A stretch of 64,000 nucleotides of DNA, from positions 146,010,001 through 146,074,000 of the forward strand of contig OZ024743.1 in assembly GCA_964016885.1 (NCBI GenBank), read 5' to 3'. The position numbers and the translations under genes were made by a program. The notes beneath the pieces were generated by a model. That model made no database searches and had not been told where the DNA came from. It saw only the letters and a program-made list of their open reading frames with translations. Within the stretch, counting starts at the first letter, position 1. Every line of letters begins with the position of its first letter. Positions 14,701 to 25,000 of this stretch are shown piece by piece. Origin of the DNA: Eledone cirrhosa. Taxonomy: Eukaryota.

Positions 14701-17700
14701 TGCCAAAACTGCTGAACGATGACTAGAAGTGTTGACGCATGCAAGTGTGCCAGGACATCCTCAAGCATCTTGAAACCGAACCAGACTTGCTAGGGACAGT
14801 CATCACCGGAGATGAGTCATGGATCTTCGAGTACGACCCGGAGGGGACCCGTTTTGAAGACATGGATGACGGAACTGCGGAGGATCCCAGAAGAATCCTT
14901 CCAGGAGTGCATGCAAGCATGACAGAAAAGGATGGAAAAGTGCATTAGACTCCAGGGGGATTACTTTGAAGGAGAAAACTCTTAGTGTGAAGTTTGGGTT
15001 TGAAATAAATCTTTTGTGACATCAGTCCTGGAACTTTTCTGACCCACCTCATATGACAATGTTTGAAAAAAAAAGGGCTTGATTAAAAAGAAAAGGTCAT
15101 TTCAGTTCCAAAGCTGCAACTCACCATCATCATCATCATCGTTTAACGTCTATCTTTCACGTTAGCATGGGTTAGACGGGAATTGTTCCCCTTGAGGCAA
15201 GATTGATCAGGTGACTGTGTCTCGTATAGGACTGTATCTGGCAGGTTTTTTACGGCTGGATGCCCTTCCTAACACCAACCACATTTACAGTGTGGACTGG
15301 GAGCCTTTTTACCGTGTCTCCTACATGACTACTTTACAGCGTGGACTGGGTGCTTTTTTGTTGTGACACCTACTTAACCTCTTTACTTTGGACTGGATGT
15401 TCTGTGGTACCAACATATATATGTATATATCATCATCATCATTTAACATCTATTTTCCACACTAACATGGGTTAGACAGGTTTGATGTATGTATATATAT
15501 TTAGTAGTAGTAGTATAGTGGTAGTGCTTGTGCAACAATAAAATGCATCCAGTAAACTCTGTAAAATGATAGTGTTGTTATGATAAAAAGCACCTGGTAC
15601 ATGCTGTGAAGTGGTTGGCATCAGGAAGGGTATCCAGCCATAGAAAGCATGTCAAAATGAAATGTGAGAACCCATTTAATCAATGCGAGCATGGAAAACT
15701 AAACATAGAAATGACAATGAAGATAATGAAGTCAATGTAACATACTTTATCAATTATATATTTCTGATCTATGAATAGAGAACTTTATCTAAAGCATTTA
15801 TTTAACAGAATAATTTAACACCGAATCCATTATAAAATGTGATAAGTTGTAAACTTCTATGCTAATAAATTGTAAACTTCTAAACTAATTGCATTGTCTA
15901 TATAAAGTTAATGGTTTATAAAACATACCGCAAGAGTTTTTTCATAAGAGTTAATTTCACTCCTTATTTCTTCATATTCTTGCTGTTTTTCATCAAGTCG
16001 TCTTTTAGTCCTTAACAATTCCTCCTCCACTCGAGCTGTGCTAGCATTACTGCTGATAAGCTGTGATTTTAATGTAGTCTGTAAGTAATGTTAAAAAAAA
16101 AGAGAGAGAGAGTGAAAAGTTAGTTCTTACATTTAAACATCTTCACTTTTATTTTATATTTGAACTAAACCATTTATTTGTTAATTATTTCCACCATTTG
16201 GATTTTTTCCCAGCAAATATAGTAGAGAAATGTTTCAAGGGAAGAGATAATAGGTTGAGAAACAATAACCATGTTAATATTTCATTATTCTATAGGAGTT
16301 AGCTTAGTTTCCACATTTCTACTGATACAAAAGGTTGTATAGTCAGCTAACAAAACTTTGGTACAACATTTGATAATTTTATAGTTCTCAGAGAGATGAA
16401 AAGCAAAATTGACCAGGGCATAATTTAAACTAAGAATAAAGTGAGATAAAACTAGGATAGCTTTGTTTAATTTGCCAGTACATTGTCTTAACCAACTGCA
16501 CTTCCCTTTTTTGTTTCTTTTTAAGACACTGAGAAATTATTATTTCTAATCTTTGTATCAGAAACAATGATTTTTCATTAGCATCAGGAATTAGAATGAT
16601 AAAAAGACTAAATAATAGATAAAAGTAGAATACTTTCCACAACTAAAGTCATGTTATTGTACTTGATTATTCAACAGCAACATTTTACATAATGATGACA
16701 ATGTCTTTCCAGAGATCCAGGCCACCCGGCACACACGAGTCAACCAGAGATTACCTTCTCTATTTAAGGCTTTCAACATCTTGGGCCTTGCCACATTTGA
16801 GCTCTTTAACTGCTCTTGTGATTTAAGCCTCTGAAAGATTAGTCTTTCCAGATGCACCTCGTGTACATAAGATGCTGCTGTTGTAATCAGGTGTAGGAGA
16901 TCAGCAAAGTATTCTCTCCACCTTATGAGGATGCACCTCTCTGAAGACAGAAGAATCCCAGACACATTCTTGATAGTATATGTGGAGGAGGGCTTCTTAT
17001 GAAGTCAGTGGATGGTCTGCCAAAACACTTTGCTGATCTGAAGTCAGATTCCAGCTTTACCCTCAAAGCCCTCCCATGTCTTAACTTTGGACGCATTTAC
17101 TGTCGCTGCTGCGATTTTTCATGCCTGCTTGTACTGGAAGTGAATGAAGGAGGACTTATTTCCAAGCCAAGCTTTGTAGGCCTCCTGCCATCCGGCCCCA
17201 CAACATTTATCAGCTGAAGCAGAAACTGCTGAGCTGAACAATCCCTACTCTGTTTCAATGTCCTCAGTTTGCTCAGGGAGCTTTCTGAATTTGGATGCAT
17301 TAGTATCTACATACCTGGTCCTGACTTCCTTATCCACCAATGCTTCCCACTTTATCCTGTAGGTCACCCTGGACCCACCAGTTTTGTGGGCTTCTTTGGC
17401 TTTAAGTAGTCTAAAGTTGCAGATAACTAGATGGTGATCAGTTGACAGCTCAGCCCTTCTCTTAACACAAACACCCATCACAGAATCGAAGAGACAATAG
17501 CAAAATCAATTATTGATCTCTGTCCCTAATTCCCCGTATACCATGTCTCTGTGTTGGAAGGTGTTCATAATAGTCTCCATTGCTAGAACAGAAGTCTAAT
17601 AAGGCCTCTCCACTCATATTTAGATTGGGGTCCTTCCAATCACTCCTTTCCATGTCAGGTGGTCAGTGCCAACATCTGCATTGAAGTCTCCCATGACGAT

Positions 17701-20700
17701 ATATGACTCACTCTTAACTACATCTAATGCTGTAGTGACTTCATCAAGGAAGGACCTGTATTCAGACTCCTTCTTTGGTGCTTAAACTTGCACTACCAAC
17801 AGAGACCTATTTTTTTAGCTTAAACTTCAAGGGGAAAATCCATCCTTCTAATGAGATCTAGTCCATAACACATTCTGACAGCCACAGTGCAATCATTTCT
17901 GGCGCCACATCTGAATAGTGGAGTTCCCATTATCCATCCAAATCTATAGTTCCAGAGCCATGGACCCTCTTTGGGGTTTTGGGATATGCGATCTTTGTGC
18001 ATCCATCCCATGCCTCCCAGGACAGGTCGCAGTCCCATCGCCAGATTTTGTGGCATGAAATAGAGACTGCAATATATTTTTCGAACAAGCCCCTCTACCT
18101 AAGGCCTGAATGCGTCCCTTGTTAACCTGCACAAAGGATGATGTGGTAGGGTTCTTTTTTGTTTTCCTCATCATATTGCAGTTTCAGTTTCAGTGGTCTT
18201 ATTCATGACAGTCACTAATCTGGTACTTTGTCAAACCACGAAGACTAGGTTTTTGTAGAGGCAGCCTTTACTCACCTCCTCATACCTACATCACTGGGTT
18301 GTGAGAGTTTTCTTGGGGGGGGGGGGCTACAATTACAGAGGAATCTCCTTGTTAAGCCAATCCAGTAAAGTCTATGCTAAGTGTCTGGCAAAGAGATGCA
18401 GGGATATTGTCAAGTCCAAGGTAGCTGATGAACAATGTGGTTTTAGTCCCAGATGCAGCACAGCCAACCAAATATTTACAATACGGTAGGTATTTGAGAA
18501 ATCGTGGGAGTATTGCCAAGAGGTATATTCTTGATTTGTCAACTTTGAAGAGGCATATGACCACATTCCTTGGGAACTTCTGTGGAAGGTTATGCAGGAG
18601 CATGGGATTGATGGTCAGCTTTTTGCTGCCCTGATGTGGCTATATGAATGCTCGAGTATTTATGTTTGGATAAATGGTGCTAAATCGAAACCATTCAATG
18701 TGGGAGTCAGCCTCCGCCAAGAGTGTGTATGGTCACCGCTCCTATTCATTATTTAAATGAACAGGATTGACATGCGCAGCTGGGTTGGAAGTGATATCAT
18801 GACTGGCAGATATAAAATCAGTCGGCTGGTATTTGCAGACAACATGATGTTACTTAACTCGACAGGTGATCTCTGGCTTGCACTTGATAGGTTTGATGGC
18901 TGGATTGAAAATCAGTGCAGTAAAAATTGAGACATTTGCCCTCTCAAGGAAGCCTGTGCAGTGCACTCTACATGTGAATGGAGTTCCACTGAAGCAGGTA
19001 GAGATTGTCAAATATCTCAGCGCCATGTTCAGGAGTGATGGAAGGCAGGAGGCTGAATTAAGTGCAAGAATTGCAGGGGCTGGTGCAGTAATGCAGCAGC
19101 TTTACCACTCGGTAATCAAAAGGAAGGTAGGTGTAAAAGCCAAACTTGCTATCTTTATGACAACCCTTACCTAAGGTCACAAATCTTGAAGAAGATGACA
19201 ATGATGATGACAATATCTGAAATGGATTTTGTGTTGTCAATTTTTCTGGACAATAAACTAAAAAGGAAAACAAAGTTGAGTACTCACACATTCAGTTTGA
19301 AGATCTAACACTTTCTTCTCCAGTGCAATTTGCTGCTGATTATCTTCAGAGAAACTTTGATAAGAATAATGTACAGCTTCTTCAGTTTTCTCAAGGAGCA
19401 GTTTTTCTAAATTTTTTATAGTTGTAGTTAATTCTTCTTCCTTCAAATTTGACTGTTCAAGCAAGTAGTCTTTATTTCTCAACTGTATCATCATATGAAA
19501 ATGAAATTAAAATTAGATTGCATTTTAAGTTACAGCAATACAGTATTAACAAACAATTAATTAAAATATATTCTTTAGTCTGGTACTCATTTTATAGATC
19601 CATTTATCAAATGAGTGAGTTTATTTTGAGTTACGTCCCTTCTTCAGGAGTAAGTAAATACCACAAAGAATTAACCTAGGTTGTATGCCTCATGATTGTA
19701 TCCTAGATCACTACTTTCCTCCCTCACATCACCTTATCAATTTCATTCCCTTCTACACCTATCTCATACTCATAACATTACACTTGCCCCCCCCCCCCCC
19801 CATTACATAGTTCCTATTAAGCTCCCAAGAAGCTCTTCAGTCGACTCAATGACTGGCAACCTCCCTAGTGTTGGTGTCATGATAAAACATACCCAGGACA
19901 CTCTGTAAGACGGTCAGTGTTAGGAAGAGTTCCCAGTCATAGAAACTATACCAAAAAGGTTTGAGAGGACTCTCCAGCCACGATATGGCAACCTCTCTTG
20001 TGCTTGTGCCACAAAATGCACCGACTGCACCATGTAAATTGGTTGGTTATAGGAACGGTATCCAGCTGTACAAACTATGCCAAAAAAGAGTTGAGAGGAC
20101 TCATCAGTTCTGTCAAGAGCAAGAGAGCCTATCTAGTGCTGGTGCCATGATAAAATGTACTAGTAACTCCATGATAAAATGTACTAGTACACTCTATAAA
20201 ATGGTTGACCTTAGAAAGGGTTTCCAGCTGTAGAAACCATCCAAAATGGAATATATTGAGCAAGAAGGACAATAGTTTTGATAAGTTGTGAAGTCATATC
20301 CAATTCATGCCAGCATGGAAAGACAGATGTAAAATGATGATATATCAGCATTCATCACCAACATCATCATTTTTAGTCAAAATTTTCCATGGCATGGGTT
20401 GGACGACACTTTTTGAGGCACTATTATATGGCCAGATGCCCTTCTATATACCAACACATATATGTCTGTAGGTATAGTACTTTTTCCACTGATCATCTTT
20501 TAAACTAAGTTTCAGGACCATAAACAGATGTTACTAATTGTTTTTAGTTGTGCCAATGTGGAGACATACATAAACACACACACATATATATCATCATCAT
20601 CATTTAACATCCATTTTCGACAATAGCACGAGTTAACTGTCCTGTTGTGAGACTAACCAGGCCGGATGACTGCTTTTCTCACACAGAACTGATTTTGGCT

Positions 20701-22054
20701 TGGTTTCTACGGCTGGATGTCTTTCCTAACACCAATCATATCATGACACATTCATGACTACTTTACAGTGTGGGCTGGGAACTTTTTGTTGTGTCACCAA
20801 CATGACAACTTTACAGTGTGGACTGGGTGCTCATTATTGTGACACCAAGATGACTTGGGTACTTGGGTGGAGGAGGTAGATCTAGGAGTGGAGTGTTACA
20901 TGGGAGGAGTGATAGAAGGGAAGGTGACGCATACTAGATGTACACCTCAGACCCTGCATATGGGAAGGCGGGTCTTCTGTCTTACAGCATAGCGCCAGAG
21001 ATCACAATCTTGTGTTATTGTCTTTGAGAGGTGCAATTGTGTTAGGTCAGCTTTTATCACCTCATTCCAAGTCCTCCTACTCCATAGCTTCCATCAACTT
21101 TGAGCGTTCTGCACCTTTTTATACAGCTGTCATCCTTCATTACCATGCAACATTGCTGTTCGTAAAGATGCATCATACAATCTGCCCTTCATTTTGAAGG
21201 AAAAACCTTTTGTAGTTGGCAATGGTAGTAACTTCCTGAATTTTCTCCAGCCTATTCTCACTCTGGCTACTGCGCTTTCGGAACACCTCCCTCCACTACT
21301 AATTTGGTCACCCAAGTAACAGAAGCTATCTACTACTTCTACAGAGTCCTCTGGGCATTTGAAGGAGCTTGTATCCTGTGCGCTCTTGCTACTTACTGTA
21401 CCTGTGCATTGGCCACATGTAAAATTTACATTCTTTGCTAGCCTGTCAGAGATCCCACTACATCTCTTGTGTACCCATAGTTTGCATTTGGGACATAGGA
21501 TGGAATTTCTACCTACTCCTTTTCAGCACACACAGCAAGGGCATTTCACTGAGGGAATCTGGGCCTGGTTTTCCTTCCTGCATAGTAGAACTTTGGTCTT
21601 TGGCAAGTTAACTTTAATCCTCTTGGCGCTGTGGGTGACTGAATACATCGATAGAGTAATCTCTCCTTAATACATAATACAGTATCAAGGGAAGCAATTC
21701 ATAAAAAAATTCAGCCTCCAGAAGGTTAAGACCCTTTGAATCTAGGCCATGCTTCCAGGTTTCTCTAATTCTGCCATAGATTCAGCTATAAGGATTAGGT
21801 CATTTGCATACGTGAGTTCCCATGGGCAGCCAGTCTTAAATTCCTCTGTTATAGCCTGCAGGACGATAATAAACAGGAGAGTGTTAAGGACTGAGCCCTG
21901 ATGGACACCAACATGCATGCTAAATTCTTCGCTAGTCATTGTTAATTCTGACCTTGCTAACTGTTCATTTATACATGGCTTGTACTGCCTTCACAAGCCA
22001 CTTGTCTACTTCTAGTTTTCTAAGAACCCACCAGATAGTGGAACAAGACACACA

Positions 22055-22099
<45 letters not shown>

Positions 22100-25000
22100 C
22101 AGAGAGAGAGAGAGAGATTGCAGTGGGCAGAGATTGGATGTATGTAGGACTAAGAGAATCTCTCTTTATGTGGGAGGTAGAAGTCTACTCCTAATTTGTG
22201 GGGAGTGTGGTAGGGAGAATCTAAGAAAAGAAAGCGAGTGGGAGTGATTCTTATGAGGGTGAGATATATCAGATAGGATAGTTGGGAGGATAGGTATGAT
22301 AGCAGAGCATCAGATTAATAGAGAGTGGGGTCCTAAATACTTTAACATACTTCTCTATTCAGATGAGTTTCTTGTTTCTGGTATGACTGCACATCGCTTT
22401 TGATTTTAGTTATTTCATTCTGGAGCAGAGAAATTTCTTCACTGTATTGTTGTTCCATGTACTCTTTGGATTCTAGCTTCATTTTTGAAGAATGCTTCTC
22501 CTTTTTCATTTTCTGAAAGACAAACAGAACAACAGAATGTAATAATTAAAAGATTTCAGTATATTTACATTTGGATTTAGTCTAGATTAGAACAGCAAGA
22601 ATATCTAGTGGATATTATACTAATTAGCTACATGACAATGAAAAAGAAAGGAAGATACTGGAAATGAAAAGTCATTTTTGTGTTGAGCTGTACAAATGAG
22701 CTGAATGCTCTGAAGGATCATTTCATCTATACATAATATAAAAGAGAAATGTTGGTTGGTTCATTCCTTCACGCATCACACAAAAACGAAAAGTAAGTAC
22801 AGCAATGGAATAAGGGTATACCCAGGAAGGTTTATTGATAATAATTGTATAACATCAAAGAAGAAGAAAAACATACCGGGTATGCTAACTAACTTGTCTG
22901 CTATTTCTAGCAGGTTGGGAATCAAACATAAGGGATTCTCTTTGCGTGTTCGTTATTAGTGATGATCGTGTTTCATCGCCAGTGTCTCTGATTGGAACAG
23001 ATATGGGATAGCTATGATACCTACCACTCCAGCCACCTAAATATATGTTTAGATAAATATAATCAATTATAGATGTGTGTTTTGTAAGCTATGCTAAGAG
23101 GACAGTGACTTCAAATAAAATAAATTAGCATAGGGCAGACTTGGGCTCCATAAGCCATGCAGAAGGTAGCCTGTCTAGGAGGGCAGCGACTCTGAAAAAA
23201 TATGACTGCATGGAGTAGATGTGGGCTCAGTAAACTTTAGTGTATAGGTAACCCATCTAGAAGAGCAGTTACTCTGAATAAAAACTGATACAGAGTAGAG
23301 AGGAACCTTCACTTCAGTCAGACAACCTCTCTAGAACTGGTGGCATGAACAATCTGCTCAGTCTATGCTGTAAAGTGGTTGGTGATAGGAAGGGCATCTA
23401 GCCAGTAAAACCATGCCAAAATTTGAAAAGTACAACATATAAGTCTCTTGCTAATTGCATCTATAGGACTAACACTGGTCATGTTAGTGTCACGTACGGT
23501 AGTGGGGTGGCTAACATAGCCATGTACAAGAACCCCTTGACCATCATCAAACAGTTGCACATCCTTATTCCTTTCCAGGCTCAAAGGTACTAATCACTAC
23601 TGTCAGATAACACATTTCAGGGTTGCCACACTCAATGTGTTGCATACTGAAAGGTAGATCATGTGAAATTGTGGAGTTGTTTGAGAGGCAATGAGTAGAT
23701 GTATAATGTATTCAAGAAGTGGGATGGAGAATCACCTCTGCAAAACTTATCAGTTTTTCTGGGAAGGTAATGATAATGGGGTAGGTGGAGTAGCATTCTA
23801 CTAGCTGAGAAGTGGATAGATAAGGTAATCGGTAGAGTAAGCGGCAGAATGATCAAACTCAGAATAATCATAGGCAATAGAATGACAACAATTATCTTTA
23901 GCTATGCACCACAAGCAGGACTAAGTAAGGAACAAAAAGATTGTTTTTATGAATAATTTTTAGAGACAAACTCAGTAACTGATGACAGAAAATGGACTTG
24001 TTGGACAGAACAAAGATGGCTACACCAGTGTACATGGTGGTTATGGCTCAAGAAATGAAGAGGGAATGAGGCTGCTGGAATTCTTTGCAACACTAACTTA
24101 GGAAACCGGCCAGCCATCTGATCACCTATCAGTCAGGCAAACACATAAGCCAGATTGACTTTGCACTTAAGACTTTCCCTGGAGAGGAATGCACTGTCCA
24201 ACATAAGTTAGTTATTAGCGACATCAGAATAAGTACAAGAAAAAAGAAGAGACACAGGAAAATCTAGAGGAGCAGAGTTTGGAAGCTTAAGGATATTTCT
24301 GTTAAGTGTAGGTTCAGGAAAGCTGTGTGAGGCATATGATAAGGAAGACAAGTTAGATACAAATGAAAGTTCTTACATGACAATCTACTACAGACTACTG
24401 ATAAGACTTGTTGTTGGAACAAAGCACCAGTCAGACAGAGGATGACTTGGTGGTGGGACAACACAGTGGATAGAACCATTAAAGCCAAGAGACAGGCATA
24501 GAAAGACTGGAAAATGGGAGCAGCAGAGACCAGTACCAGGTAACCAAAAGAGAAGATAGGTGACATGTATATGTAACATGAAAAGAGGCTGAAAGAAGGA
24601 GGTTTGCCAATGCCTTCTGACATGAAGATCACAGATGTGAGGTGTTCCGCATTGCAAAGCAGTGTGTCAGTGTGAATCAGAATATTTGTTGGGGAAAAGC
24701 GTGTTCAAAATGACACTGGTGCACTTAGCAACACTGACACTCAAAAGAAAGGAGCCTAGAAATGCTACTATGAGAAGCTAATGAATGTAGAGAATTAGTA
24801 GGAAGAAAGACTACCTCCAACTTACCCAACAGAGAGACTAGCTATTGAAATCGAAAGAAGCAATCAAGGAGATGAAAAATAGTAAAGCCACTGGACCATC
24901 TGAGATAGTTGCTGAGATGTTTAAAGCATTTGAGGAAGTAGAGTTAAACTAGCCACCCACATAGTTAATCAGATAAAACAGGACAGAGTCATACCCAATG

